Under the pieces are notes generated by a model, which was given only the letters and a program-made list of their open reading frames with translations, did no database searches and was not told where the DNA came from. Shown here one piece after another: positions 1 to 10,650 of a DNA stretch of 64,000 bases. Source of the stretch: Azolla caroliniana (Eukaryota; Plantae; Polypodiophyta); contig JBHGNT010000021.1 in NCBI GenBank assembly GCA_043228905.1, positions 12,648,001-12,712,000 on the forward strand, read 5' to 3'. Both the position numbers and the translations under genes were made by a program. The first letter of the stretch is position 1. Every line of letters begins with the position of its first letter.

Positions 1-1623
1 CCTCCGGAGAGGTATTCTCCTGGAATTTTCTTCACCGACGCCGGCGAACCGACGTCTTACGAAGAAGCATCGACATCTGTCGATTCGGCCACCTGGCATC
101 TGGCGATGGAGTCGGAAATGCACTCCATCCGGGCAAACAAGACTTGGGATCTGGTCGAATTACCTAGGAACCGACGTGCTCTTCCTTGCAAGTGGGTTTA
201 TCGACTAAAAGAGACGTCTGATTCGACCACCCCAAAGTACAAGGCCAGATTAGTTGCGAAGGGCTTCCGACAAGAATATGGCGTCGACTTCGACGAGATT
301 TTTTCACCAGTGGTGAAAATGACAACCCTTCGTCTTCTGCTCGGCGTCGTGGCAGCCGACAACTTGGAGCTGATTCAGCTAGATGTCAAAACAGCCTTCC
401 TCCATGGTGATCTCGAGGAGGAAATTTATATGGAGCAGCCAAAAGGCTTCGTGGCAACTGGCCAAGAACATCTAGTCTGCCGACTCAGGAAGAGTCTATA
501 CGGCCTCAAACAGGCACCGCGACAATGGTACAAGAAGTTCGACGACTTCATCCAATCAATCGGCTTCTCCAAAAGCGATGAGGACCATTGTCTCTTCACC
601 AACACAGCTCAAGATGGATCACCCATCTTCCTCATCATTTACGTGGACGACATGCTAATTTCTGGACGCCACGCGGGCGAACTTGCCGATCTTGTTCGGC
701 AACTGCGGTTGAAGTTTGCCATGAAGGACCTCGGTCCGGCACGACACATCCTTGGCATGAAGATTAGTCGGCATCGCAATAAACGACATCTTTTTTTGTC
801 TCAGACCGACTATATCGGACGTGTCTTGGAACGCTTCAACATGCAATCAGCCAAATCTGCTTCAACCCCACTCCCTATGAATCTTCGGCTCTCTCAGCGA
901 GACTGCCCGACATCCGGTTCGGAGGGGGAAGATATGAAGTCGGTACCGTATGCACCGGCAGTCGGCTCCCTTATGTACCTGATGGTCGCGACACGGCCTG
1001 ACATCTCTCATGCCGTAGGAGTCGTTAGCAGATTTATGCACAATCCTGGCCGATCGCATTGGAACGCAGTCAAGCATGTGTTCAGATATCTGGCTGGCAC
1101 AAAAGACCATGGCATTCTTTTCGGACCGAACCGAACCTCAGGCGTAGTCGGTTACACCGACTCGGACTTCGCCGGCTGTATAGACAGTCGGAAATCAACA
1201 ACCGGATACTGCTTCAAATTCGGCAATGGAGCAATCTCGTGGAAGTCGAAACTTCAGGAGTGCACAGCGACCTCAACGACCGAAGCAGAATATGTAGCTG
1301 CGTCCGACGCAGCAAAAGAAGCTTTGTGGCTCGGTCGGCTGGCGCACACGTTTCGACAAGTCGAACATGACTCGGCTCCAGTTGTCTACAGCGACAGTCA
1401 AGGTGCTGTTGCCTTGTCGAAAAATCCGGTTCACCACAACGCCTCCAAACATATCGACGTTCGATATCACTTCGTTCGGGACTGCGTCATTTCAGGGAAA
1501 ATCGGTCTAGAGAAAATATCCACAACCGATAATGTCGCAGATGGAATGACCAAATGTCTCTCGGCAGACCGTTTTCGGTCTCTTCGGCATCAGATGGGCG
1601 TAACGACAAACCAGTCCGGTTAG
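1..1623 (+). CDS. Ty1/copia polyprotein, C-terminal part (reverse transcriptase + RNase H); open from the window edge
   Basis: Frame 1 is open from nt 1. Copia RT motifs KARLVAKG, QLDVKTAFLHG, SLYGLKQAPRQW, IYVDD and RNase H motifs GYTDSDFAG, TEAEY, KHIDVRYHF, ADGMTK. Confidence 0.97.
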   Translation, partial: PPERYSPGIFFTDAGEPTSYEEASTSVDSATWHLAMESEMHSIRANKTWDLVELPRNRRALPCKWVYRLKETSDSTTPKYKARLVAKGFRQEYGVDFDEIFSPVVKMTTLRLLLGVVAADNLELIQLDVKTAFLHGDLEEEIYMEQPKGFVATGQEHLVCRLRKSLYGLKQAPRQWYKKFDDFIQSIGFSKSDEDHCLFTNTAQDGSPIFLIIYVDDMLISGRHAGELADLVRQLRLKFAMKDLGPARHILGMKISRHRNKRHLFLSQTDYIGRVLERFNMQSAKSASTPLPMNLRLSQRDCPTSGSEGEDMKSVPYAPAVGSLMYLMVATRPDISHAVGVVSRFMHNPGRSHWNAVKHVFRYLAGTKDHGILFGPNRTSGVVGYTDSDFAGCIDSRKSTTGYCFKFGNGAISWKSKLQECTATSTTEAEYVAASDAAKEALWLGRLAHTFRQVEHDSAPVVYSDSQGAVALSKNPVHHNASKHIDVRYHFVRDCVISGKIGLEKISTTDNVADGMTKCLSADRFRSLRHQMGVTTNQSG

Positions 1624-1816
1624 AGCCGGACACAGAGCAGGATGGTTCCCGAAAACCGACATCAGCTCCTTAATGATCGGCTTCAACTGTTCCGACCCGA
1701 CCAGTTCGGTCTTCTGTCTTCGGATCCTGCCGACTCGAACAAAGCTGATATGTCCGAGAACCTAAGTCTATACCTGTAATCTTAGATAACCCATGTATAC
1801 GCCCATTACGGGGGAG

Positions 1817-2082
1817 TGTCGAATACATGTGTATAATGGACGTATTCACACCATCCCGTTTCGGCCATTTATGTAATTAGCATAAAGGGTAGTTGCCCTA
1901 AGTCGGTCACTATATATAGTGACCTTGTAACCTCTTTGTGAGGTTGGTTGTTGTATGATTGCTTTGTGAAATAAAGAGTCTTTTTGTGTCTCTCTCTCTC
2001 TCTCTGTGCAACGACCTACATTCTGTCATACACAGGGAATAAACAGGAATCGAGTGCTTCAAGATCTTCCGCACTGACGACA
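1817..2082 (+). repeat. 3' LTR (266 bp) of the copia element whose pol is at 1-1623
   Basis: PPT GGGGGAG at 1810-1816 immediately precedes TGTCG; ends in the inverted terminus CGACA; internal TATA box and AATAAA. Confidence 0.85.
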
Positions 2083-5000
2083 TTGCTTCCAACACCTTTC
2101 TCCACGAATCCTTCCGGTTGCTGCATGTAGATCTCCTCTTCGAGGTCACCGTGAAGGAATGTTGTCTTCACGTCTAGTTGCTCTACCTCGAGGTCCATGC
2201 TTGTCGCTATACTCCGCACTGTCCGGATGGAGGTCATCTTTACTACCGGATCAAATATCTCGTCGAAGTCCACGCCCTTCTTCTGCTGGAACCCCTTCAC
2301 CACGATCCTGGCTTTGTATCTCAGGGGGTTACCGGCATCTCCCGGTTTCAACTTGTACACCCACTTGTTTCGGAGTGCCCGCTTTCCTTTCGGCAACTCC
2401 ACCAATTCGTACGTATGGTTCTCATGCAGGGAATCTATCTCATCCTGCATGGCACTTAACCATTTGCGGCTATGGGTGTCGTCCTTCGCTTCTTCGAAGC
2501 TTTCCGGCTCTCCCTCATCGGTCAGCAGCACATGCTCTGCATCCGGAAATCTTTGGGGGGGCCTTCTCTCTCTGAGAGGATATCTTCGTCTTTGGGCTTC
2601 GGTAACCGGCTCATCCATTTGCTCTTCATCCGAATCCGATTCGGGGTCTTGGCCGGTTCCGGTTTCAGCTTCCTCTACTTCTTCTTCTACCAGTTCGATA
2701 ACCTCACCGTAACCGGCTGGTTCCTCGAGTGCTAACCGGTCTCTTGCCGGTTGGGTCTACTCATCGTAGAATCGATCCTTACCGCTCGACTCGGAGTTCA
2801 TTATCTTCTTCTCTGACTCCCAGTCGGCGAGCGTCTTGTCCTCCATGAAGATAATATCTCGACTCCGGAATACCTTCTTGTCGACCGGGTCCCACACTCA
2901 GTAGCCGAACTCATCGTCGTCGTAACCGAGGAATATGCATGGTCGGGTCTTTGGATCTAACTTTCCTCTCCGGTCCTTAGCTACATGCACGTATGCAGAA
3001 CACCCGAACACCTTCAGATGTCGGTAGGACACTTCCTTACCGGTCCACACCTTCTGCGGTGTGTCTCCATCCAAGGGCACTGAGGGTGATCTGTTTATCA
3101 CATACCTCGTTGTCGATAGCACCTCAACCCAAAACGTCTTGGATAACTTTGCATGCGCCAGCATACTCCGGACCCTCTCCATTATGGTCTGGTTCATCCT
3201 CTCGGCTAGCCCGTTTATTTCTAGCGTCTTCGGCACGGTAAATTCGAGCCAGATTCCCTTCGAGCGACAGTACTCCTCGAACTGCCCCCGGTATTCACCT
3301 CCGTTATCTGCTCGAACCGCCTTCAGCTTCCGACCGGTTTCTCTTTCCACTCTCGCGTGGAGCTCTTTGAAGACGGATAACACCTGATCCTTCATCTTCA
3401 ATTGTGTGGCCCACAACTTCCGACTATGATCATCTATGAACGTCACGAAGTATTGCGATCCTGCTTGTGACTTCGTGTCCACTTAACACACATCAGTATG
3501 CACCAACTCCAGTGGTGCATTACGTCTCATCGGTGGCCTTGGTCGGAAGGAGGTCCGGTTTTGCTTACCGGCCAGACAATCAGTGCACTTCTCCAAGTTC
3601 ACATTCTTCACTAGAATGAGGTTGTCGTCAACAAGCCTCTTCATCCCCTTCTCGCTCATGTGACACAGCCTTTTGTGCCACATCTCACCGGCAGTGTCAG
3701 ATGCCACGTTCACTTCCTCCGTACATAACCGGGCGTTCATCAGGTACAGTGTGTTTACCTTCCGGGCCCGAGCCACAATCAGGCTCCCTTTGCTTAACTT
3801 CATAACATCGTTCCAGGTGCTACCCGTGTAGCCTTCATCATCTAGCCGACCGGCTGATATCAGGTTCAGACGAACCTCCGGAACGTGTCGAACATCCTTC
3901 AACAGCAGCTTGCATCCGGTTGGTGTTGTCAACCACACGTCTCCTATGCCGACAATTCGGCATGTACCTTCATTCCCCATCCGGACACAGCCGTGATCAC
4001 CGGCTGAGTAGGATGAGAAGCACTTCCGGTCCGGGGTAAGGTGGAACGACACTCCGGAGTCGACCACCCAGGTCATCTCATCGCCGGCGAGGTTTATCTC
4101 ACTCTCCTAGGTGATGAGCATCAACTCCTCTTCACTTGCCGCGATTGCCGTCATTCCCTTCCAGTCCGGCCCCCTCCGGTCTTTACCGTTCCGGTCCGAT
4201 GTCCGCTTTGAATCGGTACCGTCAATTTCCTTGTCTTTTCGGAAATGCCGACAGTTCTTCTGGAAGTGTCCCAGCTTGCCGCAATAGAAGCAATAGGCCT
4301 CCCCCTTGACTTTGACCGTGTCCCCGACTTTTCCCGGTTCTGGGGGCTACGGTTCCTTTGTCTTCCCCGTTCTGATTCGGTAAGGAGCGCTTTGGAGTCG
4401 GAGCTCGTATCCTTATCTTTCCGATGCGCCTCCTCATCTACCAAGCTCGACTTTACTCTTGCTAGGGATAACTGTTTCCCTTCCGGCCCGGCGTTGCCCA
4501 AAGTGACAACCAACGTCTCCCAGCTATCCGGGAGGGAACCGAGCAGGAGTAGCGTTAGTACCTCATCGGCGAGAGGTACTTCCAATGATGTTGCCTGGTG
4601 TATCAGCCCCTGGAAGGCATTCATGTGCTCCGCCATGCTGGAGCCATCTTGGTACCGGAGTCTTACTAGCTTCCGGAATACCGAAACCTGGTTAACAGCA
4701 TTTTTGTTCTGAAACATAATGCCGATCTTCTCCCAGAGCTCAGGAGCCTTGCTCTCTTCATTGAAGTTGTTGTATAGGCTCATGTCGATGAAGCACCGTA
4801 TGTACGCCATTGTCTTCATGTGCATCACCTCCCATATCATGGCATCGATTTTGTCCGGTCTCTTGTCCCCGAACTGAACCGGCAACCAAAGATCTTTAAC
4901 CACGAGCATGTCCCTCATCTTCGACTTCCACACTAAATAGTTGGAGCCGGTGAGCTTGAACATGCCGCCCAACGATTCATCCATCTTCTGTGTCGTTTCA

Positions 5001-5011
5001 CTCTGATACCA
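5001..5011 (-). other. Primer-binding site, tRNA-iMet type
   Basis: TGGTATCAGAG on the minus strand, 3 nt after the LTR terminal CA. Confidence 0.9.
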
Positions 5012-5014
5012 CTT

Positions 5015-5739
5015 TGCCAAGAACACACGCTCCCGATGAACAACGCTCGGCCACAACCGAGCTTAGAATCATAAAACACAGAAAAACGGTGAATGAAGGC
5101 ACGACACAGTGAAGAGAAGAGTACACAGGATGTTTACGTGGAAAACCCAAATACGGGAAAAACCACGGCAGCCCACAGACTGCAAACTATCACTATGTCA
5201 GAATGTACAAAATGATAAAGCACCGAAGCAACGACCTCGAGCTTTCTATCTTCGCCACAGGCGGCGGTTACAATAGAGGCAACGACCTCTTCCTCTCTCT
5301 CACTCTCTCTGTACACAGTTGCGCGCACTAATCTTGCGTCAACAAGAATAACAACAACATCAAACAAAAGTTTGCCCTAAGTCATATTTATACTAATATG
5401 ACTTTTCGGCTATTTACAAATATAGCCACGATGGACTCTCAGAAACATATTTACGAATATGTCTCTTCATCCGGTGAGCACTCCTCACCGGGCCTGCATT
5501 ATCTGGCGCTTGCCGGGTACTCGTCATCCGGTTCTCACCGGGTCTTCCGTTTCCGGGTACTCCTCATACGGTTCTCACTAGGTTTGCACCATCCGACTCT
5601 CCGTAGCCGAGTACTCATCATCCGGTTCTCACCAAGTCTTCCGTAGCTGGGTATTCCTCATCCGGTTTCGGCCTCGGCCGAGTTTGCTCATCAATATTGT
5701 TCTTCTCACTTCCCATCCGGAGGGACCTGTTTCCTAACA
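5015..5739 (-). repeat. 5' LTR of the copia element at 2095-5739
   Basis: TG...CA termini; near-identical to the solo LTR at 41196-41836 (TGTTAGGAAACAGGTCCCTCCGGATGGG...). Confidence 0.9.
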
Positions 5740-5742
5740 GAA

Positions 5743-6136
5743 ACCTCATGCGCCCTCCTTAATCCACAAGATTCTACAACAACATGGTCGCTAATTAGCT
5801 ACTCAACTACATCTTCGCTAACTAGGTTTTCTTCTAGACTATGACAGTAGCTAATTAGCTCAGTAGCATGGCTTTTCACATTGTTGCCTAATTCAGTACC
5901 ATCTTCCAAAAGAATAGGGTGTTGCTGATCTGAAGGAGATGTGATAGCAGGACTCTTACTTTCAGCCACGTTGGCCGTTATCTCCTCATCGGTTGTAGCG
6001 TCATTAGCACCGGACACCTCATGTGCCCTCCTTAATCCACAAGATTCTACAACAACATGGTTGTTAATTAGCTACTCAACTACATCTTAGCTAACTAGGT
6101 TTTCTTCTAGACTATGATAGTAGCTAATTAGCTACT
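5743..6136. repeat. ~120-bp direct repeat pair (about 5743-5860 and 6016-6136)
   Basis: ACCTCATGYGCCCTCCTTAATCCACAAGATTCTACAACAACATGG...GTAGCTAATTAGCT occurs twice. Confidence 0.85.
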
Positions 6137-6723
6137 CTTTCTCAATATGCTAGCAACTAATTAGCTACTCTACTAAAGTATGGTAGTAGCTAATTAACTA
6201 CTCAGCTAAAGTATGGTACTAGCTAATTAGCCACTATACCTAAAGTATGGTAGTAGCTAATTAGCTACCACTTAGCTAATTAGCTACTGTACTAAACTAT
6301 GGTAGTAGCTAATTAGCTACTATATTAAACTATGGTAGTAGCTAATTAGTTACCACTTAGCTAATTAGCTACTCAACTAAAGTATGTTAGTCGCTAATTA
6401 GCTACCACTTAGCTAATTAGCTACTGTATGTACTAAACTATGGTAGTAGCTAATTGGCTACCACTTAGCTAATTAGTTACTCAACTAAACTATGGTAGTA
6501 GCTAATTAGCTACTCAGCTAAAGTATGGTAGTAGCTAATTAGCTACCACTTAGCTACTTAGTTACTCAACTAAACTATGGTAGTAGCTAATTAGCTATTG
6601 TACTAAACTATGGTAGTAGTTAATTGGCTACCACTTAACTAATTAGCTACTCAACTAAACTATGGTAGTAGCTAATTAGCTACCACTTAGCTAATTAACT
6701 ACATGTTAGCTAATTAGCTACTA
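6061..6723. repeat. Tandem array of more than 20 palindromic TAGCTAATTAGCTA units with two alternating spacer types
   Basis: Directly visible; long unit about 33 bp (spacer CTCAACTAAACTATGGTAG) and short unit 19 bp (spacer CCACT). Confidence 0.93.
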
Positions 6724-6790
6724 CACTACAACGATAACAGCTAAATAGTTTCCACACTTTATATGGCTTACCTAAATAGTAAAGATGTAA

Positions 6791-8012
6791 CTAATTAGCT
6801 AGTCTATGGTCACAAGCAACAATTTTACCTGTTAGTTTTCTCCACTCATCTAGGAGAGTTGTATTGCAATCCCCCAAATAGAATGTAGCAATGTGACATG
6901 CATATTGAAAACAAACGATATGGTATGTGTGTTGGCATGGTTGTAGGGGAACCAACAGAGTAGCAAATTTGTCATCTACACGTAATCCGCACGTGATGCA
7001 ACATGCTTGACCAGTCAATATATCGTTTCCTGGTTCTCCTTCATTTGGTAAGGGAGCAAGAATGTTTAGGTCCAATTCTTGTCTGCTCCTTACCATCCCC
7101 TACACAAAATGTAGCTGCTTCTTAAGGCCGCTAACTACTTGTTCTTGACAGGAGTATTGTTCCTTCAACGTAGCCGATAAATTTACCAATTAATTATTCC
7201 TTAATGAGGAAGATACAACAACAAGAAACAAGAATCATTAAATTACTTGTAGCTTGTCCAAATTGTAATCAACGACAATATTTACACCTAAAAGGTCCAG
7301 GTTCATTGAAAGAACCTGGATCTCTGTCTGCGGTTGAATTTTTCGTTGGGGATCCAGTGACCCCTCAATTTCCAGCTCATGTTGAGCAACCTGTTCCAGA
7401 TAATGCCTCAGTAGCACATTTTCATGTACAAGTTATTTATAACATATTACATACAAGCAAAAAAATAGGTACCTGAATCTTATTTCTAATTGTTGTAACT
7501 GCCAAAGTGACTTAGGTCTCCATCATAGTAGCCAATGTTGCTTTCTCTAAATCAGTCTTAAAAAACTCCAATGTCTCACAGGCTTCATGGACATTTTTTA
7601 GCATATAGCTAATCAATGTCTCACCTGTATCATCGACATTGGCTTTCATTGTGTGTCGGTGTGGCATATACTTGCGGGTTTGTAGGGAGTCGGCAGTTGC
7701 ATCATCAACTGCCATGCTCCAAAATCTTGCCATTTTTTATTGTAAGCGCCCCATCTTCCGGCATCTTTCTAGTGATGCCTCACCATAAATTGCCCAAGCT
7801 ACCCTGTACATTTCAAGGTCACGAGATTCCTTCGTTGTTTTGCAATACTCATATGCAAAAGCTCTGGCAAATGAAACACACAACTCGTTGTTGACCGGGA
7901 TCTCTTGATGTACTTTCTGGTGCAGTCTCATGCAGTCGTTGTACAGGTCCAGTCATACATGCTTGAGCTTGAGCTTGCCTTTCAGTCTAGGCATGTTATA
8001 TATGCTTCTCTA
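6791..8012 (-). pseudogene. Decayed multi-exon gene ending in a RING-H2-like zinc finger; possibly a transposon accessory gene
   Basis: ORF 6791-7096 has CITC-x17-CQHTYHIVC; upstream in-frame pieces 7512-7733 and 7737-7931 are separated by a single stop; truncated by an LTR at 8013. Confidence 0.5.
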
Positions 8013-8104
8013 TGTCAAGAATAGTATTGAGACAAAGAGGAAATTAGTACTAAGAGATGAATATTAGTACTAACAGGAAAAGAGGATGTAGAACACTCGA
8101 GAGA

Positions 8105-8150
<46 letters not shown>

Positions 8151-10650
8151 TGATGACAATGATATATTATGTGAAAAGAATATACAAGGATGGCTAGGAG
8201 ACTTAAGACTAGCATTGAACCGATTTGGTTCGAAATAATGCCTTGTGCCTCCTTTTATAGTGTTCTCAGGAGTACTCCTGAAGTTTCTAGAATGTTCCAA
8301 AGAAATCTGGAATATACATCAATTTTCTATAGTAAAACTAAAATGAAAATAATATCCTTCGTCGTTTTGGATTGAGGACCCTATTTGTCTGGATATTCAC
8401 GATGGAAGTATTCAAGAAGAGCACGAGCATTGGTCACATTCTCTATTGGTTCCCAAGTATGCTCACTGGGATTATATCCTAGCCAATCGATTAAATAGTA
8501 GAGCTTCTTGCGAACAATCTTGGAATCGAGGATGGCGGCAACCTCGTACTCAGGTCCATCTTCAAGTTCGATTGGGGGTGGAGATTATTTAATACAACCT
8601 GGGAAGGTGCAATCTTGATAGGGTCCGACGAGAGAACTATGAAACACCGGATGTATCCGAAGTGGTGGAGGTAAATCAAGACAAAAAGTGACATCATTAA
8701 TTTTTCCGATAATATGGAAAGGACCTAATCGCCGATAATCCAACTTCTCGCATGGGCGAGTAGTCTTGATGTGTCTTCATAGTAGTCATACCCGATCTCC
8801 AATGTTAAAACTGGATGGAAGCCGATGACGATCCGCGTAAACCTTGTGTGTTTATTAAGGTTGTTGTAGATGAGTAGATAAATCCGCTTGTATCTTGTGT
8901 AACCGCTCCAAATGATCCTCTGTGCAAGGATTTGTGGGTAACTCTGGGGTTTCAAATACACACCACTGGGGGTGACAGCCCGTATAAGCATAAAATGGTG
9001 TAACCTTTGTCGATGAGTGGACATAGTTATTATATGCAAATTCAACGAAGTGGAGAATATCTGCCTAATCATCTTGATGATAGCTTAGAAAGCACCGAAG
9101 ATACTATTCCAGCGCTTGATTTGTTCGTTCTGCTTGGCTGTCTATTTGCGGATGGTATCCAGAGGAGAGGTTACAAGTTACCTTGAGCATTTTAAAGAGG
9201 TGCTTCTAGAATTTCGAGATGAACTAGGGTCCACGGTCATTGATGATACTATCGGGAAGGACATGATGCCGACATACTTCACGCATGACAGTCTCGGCGG
9301 TTTCTTCACTAGAGATTTCCGTAGTACATGGCAGGAAATGGGCCATCTTCGTATATTGATCTACTACTGTTAAGATCGCATTGAATTCCTTAGAAACCGA
9401 AGATCTGTGATGAAATCTAGAGCAATGGATTGCCACGGCTTGCTTGGAATTGGTAATGGTTCTAATAAACCATATGGATGATGCCTTGGCATTTTTGCTC
9501 TGTAACATGTATCACAAGTCGAAACAAAATCTTCGACAAACTATCGCATATGGGGCCACCAGAATGATCGTTGTACTAAATCTAATGTTTTAGTACTACC
9601 AAAATGCCTAGCTATATATGTGTCATGACAGTTTTGGACTACTCGAAGGCGACAAGAACCATTAGGAACACACAAGACTTTCTTAAAGAATAGTAATCCA
9701 TCATGACATTCGAATTGTCGATAGTCCGTACCTGGTTGTTGCGACTGTGAACAAGATGTTCGAGAGGGATCAATTTGTGCTAGAATGGCTTGGGCGAAAG
9801 CATCTGTCTTCAAGTCCTCATGTATGGTATCGATAACGTGGGAATCCACCGAAGACCTGTGTTGCTTGCAATCGTGCCGATCCTAGGATTACTTTCTTTT
9901 GGTTATCGAAAGTTGGCTCGCTAGGACGCGGTGCTAGATATGAGTGCCATGATAATGCATTTGCCTTCTCTTGTTGCTTCCCTAGACAATATGTAATTTT
10001 CAAGTCGAAACGAGTGAGGAATTGGGCCCACCGAGCTTGACGTCGATTTAACACATGAGCATTCTGAAAGTAGGCAAGGTTTATGTCATCATTGAATACG
10101 GTGACATGATGAGAAGATACCTCTAGAAAATGCCTCCATTGTGTAAAAGAGTCCACTATTGCTAATAGCTCCTTATCATGAATTTCATAGTTGATTTCAG
10201 CGGCATCAAACTTGCGTGAGTGGAAAGCCACAAGATGTAGCTTTTCATCATCGCCTTGTCATGACAGAATGCTACCCAAGGCGAAATCCGACACATCTGC
10301 ATCAATGATGAATGGTTTTTCTGGATCAACATGAGCTAGAATAAGAGCTGATGTAAATGCCTTCTTAAGACTCTGAAAAGCCATGTCTGCTTCTTCAGAC
10401 CAAACGAACGATTGTCCCTTCTATATAGGCTGGAGATGTCGAATGTCGAATGAATCCATTTGCCAAATTCTCCTCTATATAGGCTCGAAAGACTTCTAGC
10501 TCGGTTGGTGACAAATTGTAGATTGGTCCCCATGGTGGCTCTTTTCCCAGTTGTAAATCAATGGGGCAATCATATGGTCGATGGTGAGGAAGTGTATTGG
10601 TTTGTACTTTATCGAACACATCGGCATAATGACAATACTTCTCTGGAAGT
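8013..10650 (-). mobile_element. Degenerate Ty3/gypsy chromovirus (Tf2/Tcn1-like): pre-RT, RNase H, integrase, chromodomain, 3' LTR about 8013-8348
   Basis: LPHHRPYDCPIDL...GPIYNLS...FIRHSTSPA; RNase H AFHSRKF...NYEIHDKELLAI; integrase CHD...HFG, VVDQYTKMAHF, INDRGP; chromodomain IDWLGYNPSEHTWEPIENV at about 8400-8490. Confidence 0.9.

Larger units (their letters stand above)
2095..5739 (-). mobile_element. Degenerate Ty1/copia element (5' LTR, PBS, gag, protease, integrase, N-terminal RT); RT interrupted at 2095
   Basis: Collinear minus-strand fragments: gag 4151-4985, protease WVVDSGVSFH (3483-4076), integrase (FIDDHSR, ADNGGEY, NGLAER; 2898-3482), RT to QQPEGFVEKG; several stops and frameshifts. 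Confidence 0.93.

Noticed and set aside
6061-6723. CRISPR-like palindromic repeats
   Set aside because: Spacers are repeated rather than unique, there are no cas genes, and the context is eukaryotic.
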